From: Fimbriiglobus sp.
GTDB taxonomy: Bacteria > Planctomycetota > Planctomycetia > Gemmatales > Gemmataceae
DNA length: 41,633 nt
Reading direction: 5' to 3'
Assembly (NCBI GenBank): GCA_035539575.1
Contig: DATLIF010000338.1
Coordinates: 1-41,633, forward strand
Positions 34,201 to 41,633 of the stretch are shown here, piece after piece; position 1 is the stretch's first letter; each line of letters starts with the position of its first letter. Both the position numbers and the translations under genes were made by a program. The notes under the pieces were generated by a model. The model was not told where the DNA came from, ran no database searches, and saw only the letters and a list, made by a program, of their open reading frames with translations.

Positions 34201-37200
34201 CGGCCTCGGGCATCGACGTGCGAATCCGACTGGGCTACGCGGCCACCACCGTGGCGACCGTTTCGCCCACCTTCGCCTCGAACATCGGCGCCGGTCTCGT
34301 GACCGTCTTCGACGGGCTCCTGAGTTTGTCCAGTTCCGGCGTCGCCAGCCTGTTCGACGTCGTGATCGACGTGGCCGATCTGTTCGACTACGACCCGGCC
34401 CTGGGGGACCTGCTGCTCGACATCGAGGTACGCAACGCCGCCTTCTCCCAGTTCCTCGACGCCTCGGGCTTCGGGCAACAGACCGTCACCCAGCGGGTGT
34501 TCTCCTTCCCCGGCGACGTGAACGCCACGACCGGGATCGTCGGCATCGGCGACTCGACACCGTACGGTTTGGTGACGCAGTTCGGATTCGAGTCCGACCC
34601 GGCCGACATTTACCAGATCGACCTCAAGTCCGGCCAGGGCGCGACCGTCGCCCTGACCGCGCTCGGCGGCGGCAGCGTGCAGGTCGAACTGCTCGGCCCA
34701 ACCGGCACGCCACTGGCCCTGGGCAGCGGTGGCGTCGCCAACGTCGATAGGGTGATCCGCAACTTCCTGGCGACCGCCAACGGGACATACTACCTGCGGG
34801 TCACCGGTACCCCGGGCGTGGCCTACAGCCTGGTCGTGACCCGCAACGCCGCCTTCGATTCGGAAACGAACAACGACATCGGATCGGCACAAGACCTCAT
34901 CAGCCCCGAGGCCGCGGGGCGGCGGTGGGTGCTCGGCCATGTCGAGGTCGAACAGGGACGGCTATTCGCGACTGGGGGCGACCCATTCGCGATCCTCGAA
35001 CTCGACCCCGCGACCGGCGCGATCATCCATGCCATCCCGTCGCCGATCCCGGTGGGCGGCGGCCCCGACGGGCTGGCGTTCGACGGGTCGAGCCTGTTCC
35101 TCGTGAACTCGTTCGTCAGCGACCAACTCTGGGAACTCGACCCCGACACCGGTGCGGTCCGGGACGTCGATTCGCTGGGGTCGCCGGGCTTCCTCGACGG
35201 CGTGGCGGTGCTCAACGGCCTGGTCTACGTCACCAACTCCGACACCAACCAGATCCTCGTGTTCGACCCAGCGTCCGACGCGGTCACTCGGATCATGAAC
35301 TTCGGCATTGACCTGGGGGGCGGGCTGGCAGCCGCCGTCGGCCCCGACGCCCTGGTCGCGACCGTCGGCTTCGGCTCGGTCGTCGAGATCGACCCGACGA
35401 CGGGGTCGGTCCTCGGGTCGTTCACCCCGGCGTTCGGCCCGCTGCTCGGCGTGGCGGTCGTGGACGGGGAGGTCTACCTGGGCGGCTTCTTCGGTGGAAT
35501 CGCCGTTTACACACGCGCCGGCGCTTTCCAGCGGTTCACCCCGGTCCCGTTCGGTATCACAGCGCTGGGGGGCGACGACGTCGGGTCCGGCGTCGGCAGC
35601 GACTTCTACCGCATCACCGCCGCTGGCAACCAGACGATCGAGATCGCGACGCGGACCCCGGCCGGCCTGGCGGGCGAGTTCGTCAACGCCCTCGATCCGA
35701 TCATCCGCCTCTACGACAGCGCGGGCAACCTTCTCGCCACGAACGACAACGGCGCGGCCGACGGCCGCAACGCGCTGCTGACGTACAAGGTGCCGAGAAC
35801 CGGCGGCGGCACGTTCTACGTCGAGATCACCGCGTCCGCCGCGACACCCGCGCCGACCTCGGGCGAGTACATCCTCTCGGTCAAGGGCGCGACCGGGACC
35901 CTGCCCGCCTTCCAGGTCGCGGCCACCAACCCGGCGGACGGCTCGCGCGTCCGCGGCCCCGTCACCGAGGTCAGAATCGATTTCAACGACAACGTTTTGA
36001 TGACGACCCTCGCCGCTTCCGACGTGCGGATCGACGGGAAGGTCGCGTCGGGCATCACGGTCGTGGACGGCGACACCGCGGTGTTCACAGTCGCCCAGTC
36101 GCTCTCGGAGGGGCTGCACACAATCGCCATCTCCGCCGGCGTCATCCGGGACGTGCAGGGGACGCCGATCGCGGCCTTCACGGGCACGTTCTACAACGAC
36201 GTCACCGCCCCGCGGGTCGTCTCCTCGTCGATCCAACAGGGCGACGTCCTGACCGCAGGCTTGCCGGACCTGACCGTGACCATCGGCTTCTCGGAAGCAA
36301 TGAACGCGGCTGCGATCGACATCTTCGACGTCTCGCTCGTCGGCCAGTTCTTCGGGCTGGGCTTCCTGCCGTCGAGCGTCACCTTCGACGCGACCGGCAC
36401 GGTCATGACCCTCACGTTCGCGGGGATCAACCTCCCCGAGGACGTGTACACCCTGACGCTTGGCAGCGGCGACTCCGCCTTCGAGGATCTCGTCGGCTGG
36501 AACCTGGACGGCGAAGCCCTGGCGTGGCCGATTCCACCGAACCAGTCCGGAGACGGGGTCGAGGGCGGCAACTTCGCCGTGACCTTCCTGACCGACGCCG
36601 GTCTCCGCTCCGTGCCGGTTCCGCTGTCGGCCGTCAACCCGCTCGGCAGCCTGATCTACCGCACGCCCTTCGTGTCCACTGGCGTGGTGGCCGGGTCCGG
36701 CGACACCGACGACTGGACCATCGACCTCGACCCGGGGCAGACGATCACCGTCCTGGTCGGCCCCATCGGAGAGTTGATCGGGACGGTCGAGGTCCGCGGG
36801 CCGGGCGGCGGGCTCGTCGCGACCGTGACCGGGACGGGGCCGGGGGACGCGGTCGTCCTCCAGACCGCCCCGACCACAACGGCCGGTACGTTCACGATCA
36901 CCTTCGGCGGCGCCCTGGGCACCGTGGGCGGATACACCTTCGAGTTGGTGTTGAACGCCGCACTGGAGACCGAGACCTACGGCGGGCCGTCGAACGACGA
37001 CCTGGCCTCGGCCCAGTCGATCGACGGGAGCTTCATTCCCCTGCCGACCGGGGACCGCGGCGCCGTGATCGGGCGGACTCCGGTCGGTAACTCGGTCGTG
37101 GTCGAGCAGGAGCCGAACAACGGGCCGGTGACGACCTTGTCGGCCGTCCAGAACCTGGACGACAGTCAGTGGTCGCTCGGCGACGACCCGGCGATCTTCG

Positions 37201-39245
37201 ACTCGACCATCCTGCCCCATGTCTCGGTCGTCGGGACCGGCGACGGGACGTTCGACTACTACTCGTTCACCGTGCCGACCGCGGGCGCAGTTGGGATCTT
37301 CGACATCGACTTCACCTTCGCCCTCGACTCGCTCCTGTACCTGTACGACTCGGCGGGGAACCTGATTGGGTTCAGCGACGACAACAGTGGCGACCCGGGC
37401 AGCTTCAGTTTCTTTGACTCGCTCATCTTCTACACCTTCCCGGCGGCCGGGACCTACGTCGTGGGGGTCGGATCGTACCCGGGCGTCCCGGTGCCGATCG
37501 GGGCCGCGTACACGTTGCATGTCTCGGTGGCGGGCCACCCGACGGGGTCCGCGGCCGGCGCCTTCGACACATACAGCGTGACGCTTGGCAGCGGCCAGGC
37601 GGCGGCGGTCGCGGTAACGTCTCTCTCGGGAGGCAACGTGACGGTGGAACTCCTCGACGCCTCGGGGTCGGTCGTGGCGACCTCCGGCACCGGCACCTCC
37701 GCGTCGCTGGACTTCGCGGGCGGCCTGGCCGGCACGTACTACCTGCGGGTCAGCGGAGACTCGAATACCGAGTACAGCCTCGTCGTGACCCGTGGCGCGG
37801 TGTTCGACGTCGGGGGCAACACCGGCCGGACCACGGCCCGCACGCTCGATCTGTCGGGCGGCTCGGCCGCAGTCCTGGGTCACGTCTCCCCGGTGCGGCA
37901 ACTCGTCATCAACGCGACCGACACCGGGTGGTACACCGATTTTGGTTTCCACGATCCCACTAACACGAACTACTACACCGGCCTCGCGTCGGGGTTTGGG
38001 GTGCTGCGCGGCTTCTGGACGTTCGACCTGGGTTCCCTGTCCGGGTCGGACAGTGTCCTCAACGCCCGGCTCCAGTTGTTTAACCCGTTCATAAGCGACA
38101 CGGACTTCTCGGAGACCCTCGCGTTCTACAGCGTGACGACCCCAGTCAGCGAAATCTTGGCCGGAGGGTTCGACCGCACGGACATCTATGACGACCTCGG
38201 CACGGGCACCCTGTTCGGGCAGCGGGAGGTCTTGTTCTTCGAGGACTTCACCCTTCTCGACGTTCAACTGTCCGCGGACGCCATCGCCGCACTGCTCGCG
38301 GGCGCCGGCAACCCGTTCGCGATCGGCGCGACCCTGACGACGGTTGACCCGACACGGGGTGACCAGTACGTCTTCGGCAACTCGGGCAGCCCGTCAGACG
38401 CCAGGCGGCTCGTACTCGACTTCGAATCGAAGGACTACTACAGGATTGACCTGGCGGACGCCCGGACCGTCGATGTGGCGACGGGCACCCCCGCCAGCGG
38501 GCCGGGCGAGTTCATCAACAACCTCGACCCGCTCATCCGCATCTACGATGCGGACGGCAACCTCCTGTTCACGGACGACAACGGAGCCGCGGACGGCCGC
38601 AACGCACGGCTGGCGGGCCTGAACCTGGCGGCGGGAACTTACTACATCGTGGTCGAGACAGCACTCGGCACAGCGGGTGAGTACACCCTCTCGGTGAATA
38701 CGGGCATTCCCTCCGCTTTGGTGCCACCGATCAGGAGGATCGCGCGGGCCATTGCTCCGCTGATGCCGGACATCGGCACCACGATCGAGTGCCAGTTAAC
38801 TCCGCATCCAACCCTGGACGCCACTCAACACCAACCGACAGAGGAGGTCATCACCGACCCCGATCCGGTGGTCATTCCAGGACCGGCTATTGCGCCAGAT
38901 GAAGCCCTCGCCGCGGTGGCACCCATATCACCGGCGGTCCTGGAATACTTGGCGACGGCGTCCGATATCGAACCGATCGCCCACGATTCCGCCGCGGGGT
39001 CGTGGGGAGCGACACCAGCCGCATGGCCTCACGTCATGGCGGCTGATCCGGTGCCGATGGTCGGCACCGATGACCCCCCGGGGCCATCGTTCAGTCTTCT
39101 AACTCGGGGCATCGGTTCAGACGAACAGTCGGGAACCTGGTCGATTGAATCTCCTCCATCGATCGGTGACGAGTTAACCGACTTCACACTGGTTGATTCC
39201 TCGGCCGGCGAGCTGTTCATCGACGACTGGAGTATCCGTCTCTAG
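31293..39245 (+). CDS. Giant (2650 aa) multidomain subtilisin-like (S8) serine peptidase with Ig-like, pre-peptidase-C-terminal (PPC)-like and beta-propeller-like modules
   Basis: One uninterrupted frame. S8 triad contexts: VGVIDSGID (Asp 32004-32006), HGTHVSGTIG (His 32169-32171), GTSMATPHVAG (Ser 32688-32690). An I9-like propeptide precedes them. Downstream are SbsA-Ig-like segments, at least seven D.D.Y.(I/F)-type PPC-like modules, and a repeat region at 34960-35580 that looks like a beta-propeller. Confidence 0.9.
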   Translation: MSPSHAHGMRARSRNGKPAPKARRRLWVEFLEDRTAPSGVNGEMWGTNGIPPYTSGINAFLPPAMSVPNREGHSLGGAAFRPVVAPGEENVTRMVWRGQEIEVLAGEWIARFDVVSGSPAARRSALEQKLSGIGLPVKVESDLGASGLFQLRASPGVTYEALARALSSVPGYRYIEPNVLLRGAANFPNDSQFPELYGLHNTGQPILGIPGTPDADVDAPEAWDITTGSASVVVGVIDSGIDFTHPDLIDNIWTNPNEIPGNSIDDDGNGFVDDVHGWDFFDGDNDPTDQNGHGTHVSGTIGATGNNTTGVAGVNWDVSIMPLRFLGASNSGPLSAAIEAINYATMMRQSGVNLRVTNNSWGGPEFQALFDAISAHAAADILFIAAAGNGGFDGIGDDNDSFPAFPASYPLDNIISVAATDNQDLRAIFSNYGATSVDLGAPGVLVYSTVPTFLSPTGYAYFNGTSMATPHVAGVAALAWSLAPDATAQEIKNAILAGVDPIAALNGITVTGGRLNAFNTLLELGLSVSSTSPAAGSVVSARPTEFVVHFSHPYHPDSIQAGDLTVNGITADSVDLTDENTVTFTFTVSPVSAQGLQTIAIAPGAIDPDEPGLPFRGYTGTFRYDILPLAVVSTGPPTTGGVFTLPGPFAYDVRFNEPVDADSVQPTDLALSGLPGATAVAVAVAADGLSARFTIAGVSGEGTLNASIGAGAITDRFGNPGTAFSASYAVDFGTAPYPVPLTPVAPRGSLIYDPVQAGTIGQVGDTDTFTITVDAGQTITVLVESTPGLRSTVRITGPDGVVVASTTAPAAGDAAILQTVRVPGLIGGIDAPRTYRITVGGADGTTGGYTLKLVLNAALEYEGYSETRNDTLVSAQSLAGSLITLQNDIGDGLNQMPARGAVVGRLADSDVTVPAALETADGNTNNAWPFHIGFFGQPSMRYQQIYSAGAFSDSGVIDEVRFRSNGGAFSASGIDVRIRLGYAATTVATVSPTFASNIGAGLVTVFDGLLSLSSSGVASLFDVVIDVADLFDYDPALGDLLLDIEVRNAAFSQFLDASGFGQQTVTQRVFSFPGDVNATTGIVGIGDSTPYGLVTQFGFESDPADIYQIDLKSGQGATVALTALGGGSVQVELLGPTGTPLALGSGGVANVDRVIRNFLATANGTYYLRVTGTPGVAYSLVVTRNAAFDSETNNDIGSAQDLISPEAAGRRWVLGHVEVEQGRLFATGGDPFAILELDPATGAIIHAIPSPIPVGGGPDGLAFDGSSLFLVNSFVSDQLWELDPDTGAVRDVDSLGSPGFLDGVAVLNGLVYVTNSDTNQILVFDPASDAVTRIMNFGIDLGGGLAAAVGPDALVATVGFGSVVEIDPTTGSVLGSFTPAFGPLLGVAVVDGEVYLGGFFGGIAVYTRAGAFQRFTPVPFGITALGGDDVGSGVGSDFYRITAAGNQTIEIATRTPAGLAGEFVNALDPIIRLYDSAGNLLATNDNGAADGRNALLTYKVPRTGGGTFYVEITASAATPAPTSGEYILSVKGATGTLPAFQVAATNPADGSRVRGPVTEVRIDFNDNVLMTTLAASDVRIDGKVASGITVVDGDTAVFTVAQSLSEGLHTIAISAGVIRDVQGTPIAAFTGTFYNDVTAPRVVSSSIQQGDVLTAGLPDLTVTIGFSEAMNAAAIDIFDVSLVGQFFGLGFLPSSVTFDATGTVMTLTFAGINLPEDVYTLTLGSGDSAFEDLVGWNLDGEALAWPIPPNQSGDGVEGGNFAVTFLTDAGLRSVPVPLSAVNPLGSLIYRTPFVSTGVVAGSGDTDDWTIDLDPGQTITVLVGPIGELIGTVEVRGPGGGLVATVTGTGPGDAVVLQTAPTTTAGTFTITFGGALGTVGGYTFELVLNAALETETYGGPSNDDLASAQSIDGSFIPLPTGDRGAVIGRTPVGNSVVVEQEPNNGPVTTLSAVQNLDDSQWSLGDDPAIFDSTILPHVSVVGTGDGTFDYYSFTVPTAGAVGIFDIDFTFALDSLLYLYDSAGNLIGFSDDNSGDPGSFSFFDSLIFYTFPAAGTYVVGVGSYPGVPVPIGAAYTLHVSVAGHPTGSAAGAFDTYSVTLGSGQAAAVAVTSLSGGNVTVELLDASGSVVATSGTGTSASLDFAGGLAGTYYLRVSGDSNTEYSLVVTRGAVFDVGGNTGRTTARTLDLSGGSAAVLGHVSPVRQLVINATDTGWYTDFGFHDPTNTNYYTGLASGFGVLRGFWTFDLGSLSGSDSVLNARLQLFNPFISDTDFSETLAFYSVTTPVSEILAGGFDRTDIYDDLGTGTLFGQREVLFFEDFTLLDVQLSADAIAALLAGAGNPFAIGATLTTVDPTRGDQYVFGNSGSPSDARRLVLDFESKDYYRIDLADARTVDVATGTPASGPGEFINNLDPLIRIYDADGNLLFTDDNGAADGRNARLAGLNLAAGTYYIVVETALGTAGEYTLSVNTGIPSALVPPIRRIARAIAPLMPDIGTTIECQLTPHPTLDATQHQPTEEVITDPDPVVIPGPAIAPDEALAAVAPISPAVLEYLATASDIEPIAHDSAAGSWGATPAAWPHVMAADPVPMVGTDDPPGPSFSLLTRGIGSDEQSGTWSIESPPSIGDELTDFTLVDSSAGELFIDDWSIRL

Positions 39246-39260
39246 TTGCGGATGAATGGT

Positions 39261-39328
39261 TTCGGAGCCGCCGACGCCAGTCGGCGGGTGTCACCTCACA
39301 CCCGCCGACTGGCGTCGGCGGCTCCGAA
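39261..39328. repeat. REP-like palindromic element, copy 2: 31-bp perfect stem with a 6-nt loop, 16 nt after the giant gene stop
   Basis: TTCGGAGCCGCCGACGCCAGTCGGCGGGTGT (39261-39291), loop CACCTC, then the exact reverse complement (39298-39328). It shares the 21-nt arm core with the element at 24868-24920. No T-tract follows. Confidence 0.9.
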
Positions 39329-39519
39329 TCACAGGACCTACGATGAACCACCGAAGCAGGCGTCACGTCTTCGATAAACACAGAAATATTCGTTGACGGC
39401 AAAAGTCCGCCTGGGGACGATGTCACTTCGAGCAAACCCGCGTGGGGGCAACGGATCGCCATAGACGGGTGAGGATACCGCCCGCGGGCACTTCAATGGC
39501 CCGAACCGGGTGTCACGTC

Positions 39520-41633
39520 ATGCCCGAGACCACCGATCCGGCTCGTGGGGCTGACCCGATCGATGCTCAGCCCACCGTCACCTTGCCGCCCGCGCTCGAA
39601 GCGGTCGCCGTCACCCTTACGGTGGACGGCAATCGTGTGGCCCTTACCCAGCCGCCAACCCGGGCGCCTGAGATCCCTGGCTACCAGATCATCGAGGAAC
39701 TGGGCCGCGGCGGGATGGGCGTCGTCTACCACGCGGTCCAGGTGCGGCTGAACCGGCCAGTCGCGTTGAAGATGATCCTGGCCGGGGAGTTCGCCGGGGC
39801 CGCCGAGCGCGTCCGGTTCATGACCGAGGCCGAGGTGATCGCCCGGCTGCACCACCCCAACATCGTTCAGCTCTACGAGTTCAACGTCCACAACGGCGTC
39901 CCGTACTTCTCCCTGGAGTTCGTGGACGGCGGCACCCTGGAGCGGCGACTGGCGCGGCAACCGCTGGCGCCGGCCGAGGCCGCCGCGCTGCTGGAGACGC
40001 TGGCGCGGGCGATCCAGTACGCCCACGACCACAGCGTAGTTCACCGCGACCTGAAGCCGTCGAACATCCTGCTCGAACCCCTCCCCCAGAACGGCTCTGG
40101 CCCGCCCACCGGCGGCCAGTCATCCCACCGGCACCTGCACGGGAACTCCTCGTTCGGCACGCTGAGTTGCGTCGTCCGCGAGACCGCGGTGGTGCCGAAG
40201 GTGACAGACTTCGGGCTGGCCAAGACGTCCGCCGGTAGCACCGGGCTGACGCAGTCGGGGGCGATCATGGGCACCCCCAGCTACATGGCCCCGGAGCAGG
40301 CCGAGGGCAAGGGCCGCGAGGTCGGGCCGGTAGCCGACGTCTACTCGCTCGGGGCGATCCTGTACGAGTGCCTGACCGGCCGCCCGCCGTTTCATGCGGC
40401 GACGCCGGTGGACACCATCGTGCAGGCTCTCAACGAGGAAGTCGTCGCGCCGCGACGGTTGCAGCCGAACGTACCCCGCGACCTGGAGACGATCTGTCTG
40501 AAGTGCCTGCGCAAGGATCCGGCCCGGCGGTACGCCACGGCCGACGAACTGGCCGAAGACCTTCGCCGGCTGCTGTCCGGGGAGTCGATCAAGGCCCGCC
40601 CGGTCGGGCCGGTCGAGCGGTCCGTGCGCTGGGCACGACGGCGTCCGGCGGCAGCCGCCCTGCTGGGCGTCACCACCCTGGCCGCGCTGGTTATCCTGGT
40701 CGGCGGCTGGGCCAGCAGTGCGCGACTCCGGACCGCCCTTGCGGACACGCAGGAGCAGCGCGGGCTGGCGGATATCCGCCGCCAGGAGGCCGAGGGTGAG
40801 CGGCAGCGCGCCCAGGACGCCGCCGCCGAGGCCGACCGCCAGCGCCAGGCCGCGGTGGCGAGCGCCGCCGAGGCCGACCGCCAGCGCCAGGCGGTGGCCA
40901 CCAGCCTGCGCAACCGGCTCGACGTGGTGGACGACATCCTGTTCAACATGGACGCGCGGCTGGAAAACGCGTCGGGGATGGAGTCCATCCGCCGGGAGTT
41001 CCTGGACGAGGTCCGCCGGTTCAGTGACCAACTCCTCAAGGAGAACCCGGACGACCCGTCGGTGATGCGGCAGAGCGGACGGGTGTACCGCAGCATCGGC
41101 GCGTTGGTCCGCCGGGACACCCGGCAGAGCGACGACGCCTACCGCAAGGCCCTGAGCCTCGGGAAGCAACTGACCGAGAAGTTCCCGGACAACACCGAGT
41201 ACCTGGCCGAGCTGACCAAGACGGCCGCCGGTCGGGCCATGATGTTGTGGACCGCCCGGCGGTACAAGGAAGCGGCCGGCGCCTACGCCGAAGCGACCGA
41301 GCTTACCGACCGTCTGGTCGATCGCCCGGGCCAGCCCCGGGCCACGGTCCACGCCGCCCGCCGTCGGTACTACCACGCCAACGTGCTGGAGGACCTGAAG
41401 CAGCCGGCCGACGCGGTCCGCCTGTACCGGGACGCGCTGGCCCGGCAGGAGAAACTCGCGACCGCCGCCCCGACGGACACGGACCTGCTGGAAGACCTCG
41501 GGAAGACGGCCGCCAGCCTGGCACTGGCGGTCGAGCCGACCGACCCGAACGAGGCCGCCCGCCTGCTTCGGCGTGCCCTGGACGTCCACCGGAAAGTCGC
41601 CCGTCTCGCTCCTCACTCGTCCGGGTACAAGAG
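39520..41633 (+). CDS. Ser/Thr protein kinase with a TM segment, coiled-coil repeat and TPR-like C-terminal region; 3' end outside the window
   Basis: The ORF track omits it because no stop occurs before the window ends. I translated frame +1 by hand: YQIIEELGRGGMGVVYHA, VALKMI, HRDLKPSNILL (40042-), DFGLAK (40207-), APEQ. Then TM LLGVTTLAALVILVGGW, then helical repeats to base 41633. Alternative in-frame starts: ATG 39496, GTG 39469 and GTG 39442. Confidence 0.85.
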   Translation, partial: MPETTDPARGADPIDAQPTVTLPPALEAVAVTLTVDGNRVALTQPPTRAPEIPGYQIIEELGRGGMGVVYHAVQVRLNRPVALKMILAGEFAGAAERVRFMTEAEVIARLHHPNIVQLYEFNVHNGVPYFSLEFVDGGTLERRLARQPLAPAEAAALLETLARAIQYAHDHSVVHRDLKPSNILLEPLPQNGSGPPTGGQSSHRHLHGNSSFGTLSCVVRETAVVPKVTDFGLAKTSAGSTGLTQSGAIMGTPSYMAPEQAEGKGREVGPVADVYSLGAILYECLTGRPPFHAATPVDTIVQALNEEVVAPRRLQPNVPRDLETICLKCLRKDPARRYATADELAEDLRRLLSGESIKARPVGPVERSVRWARRRPAAAALLGVTTLAALVILVGGWASSARLRTALADTQEQRGLADIRRQEAEGERQRAQDAAAEADRQRQAAVASAAEADRQRQAVATSLRNRLDVVDDILFNMDARLENASGMESIRREFLDEVRRFSDQLLKENPDDPSVMRQSGRVYRSIGALVRRDTRQSDDAYRKALSLGKQLTEKFPDNTEYLAELTKTAAGRAMMLWTARRYKEAAGAYAEATELTDRLVDRPGQPRATVHAARRRYYHANVLEDLKQPADAVRLYRDALARQEKLATAAPTDTDLLEDLGKTAASLALAVEPTDPNEAARLLRRALDVHRKVARLAPHSSGYK
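40822..40892 (+). repeat. Two tandem copies of a 42-nt (14-codon) unit inside the kinase gene
   Basis: GCCGCCGAGGCCGACCGCCAGCGCCAGGC occurs at 40822-40850 and again at 40864-40892. It encodes AAEADRQRQAAVAS / AAEADRQRQAVATS. Confidence 0.8.

Noticed and set aside
33129-38267. Minus-strand ORFs of 603 aa (33129-34940) and 1101 aa (34962-38267)
   Set aside because: Both lie antisense within the 2650-aa subtilase gene, which has clear S8 and PPC motifs. Their products are Arg/Gly/Asp/Val-rich low-complexity sequence typical of stop-poor antisense frames in high-GC DNA.
39493-41616. Minus-strand ORFs 39493-40044 (183 aa) and 40120-41616 (498 aa)
   Set aside because: They are antisense to the plus-strand Ser/Thr kinase, whose Hanks motifs I translated by hand. 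The track omits the kinase only because it has no stop inside the window.
1-41633. Search for CRISPR arrays, rRNA/tRNA genes, insertion sequences, integrases or prophage genes
   Set aside because: I saw no regularly spaced direct repeats, no rRNA-like or cloverleaf-capable segments in the few intergenic regions, and no transposase, integrase or phage-like products in any credible ORF. This was by eye only; tRNAscan-SE, Infernal and ISfinder would settle it.

Overview
High-GC (about 65-70 %) bacterial chromosomal segment, most likely Planctomycetota (Gemmatales/Isosphaerales-like). The clues are a DUF1559 prepilin-like gene, H4MPT-linked C1 genes, a CRTAC1/ASPIC-UnbV gene, membrane Ser/Thr kinases, and a giant protein opening with an Arg-rich LEDR motif. 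I support about 29 protein-coding genes. I found no rRNA, tRNA, CRISPR array, transposase or integrase. From 5' to 3': (1) the Pro/Ala/Lys-rich 3' end of a CDS, whose first 94 nt form a near-perfect palindrome flush with the window edge. (2) A fused polytopic-membrane/spermidine-synthase-like gene, followed 9 bp later by a tight operon: ATP-grasp, mch, RimK-type ATP-grasp, CitG-like, and a PTPS/QueD-like gene broken by a 1-nt frameshift. (3) A Ca2+/H+ exchanger and a GH15 gene. (4) A minus-strand M48 lipoprotein peptidase with two tiny membrane proteins. (5) An FAD oxidoreductase and an SDR. (6) A roughly 9.3-kb, seven-gene minus-strand operon with a divergent XylR-type regulator; this is my best candidate for an undescribed glycan-utilisation-like system. 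(7) A divergent amylo-1,6-glucosidase-like/GT4 pair. (8) A Ser/Thr kinase, a 77-aa Cys-rich protein and a dienelactone hydrolase. (9) A 492-bp AT-rich region with phased repeats, upstream of a 2650-aa subtilase with an internally duplicated module series. (10) A second Ser/Thr kinase that runs off the 3' edge and is absent from the ORF track. A REP-like palindrome family occurs twice. All calls come from motif recognition by eye; no database search was run.
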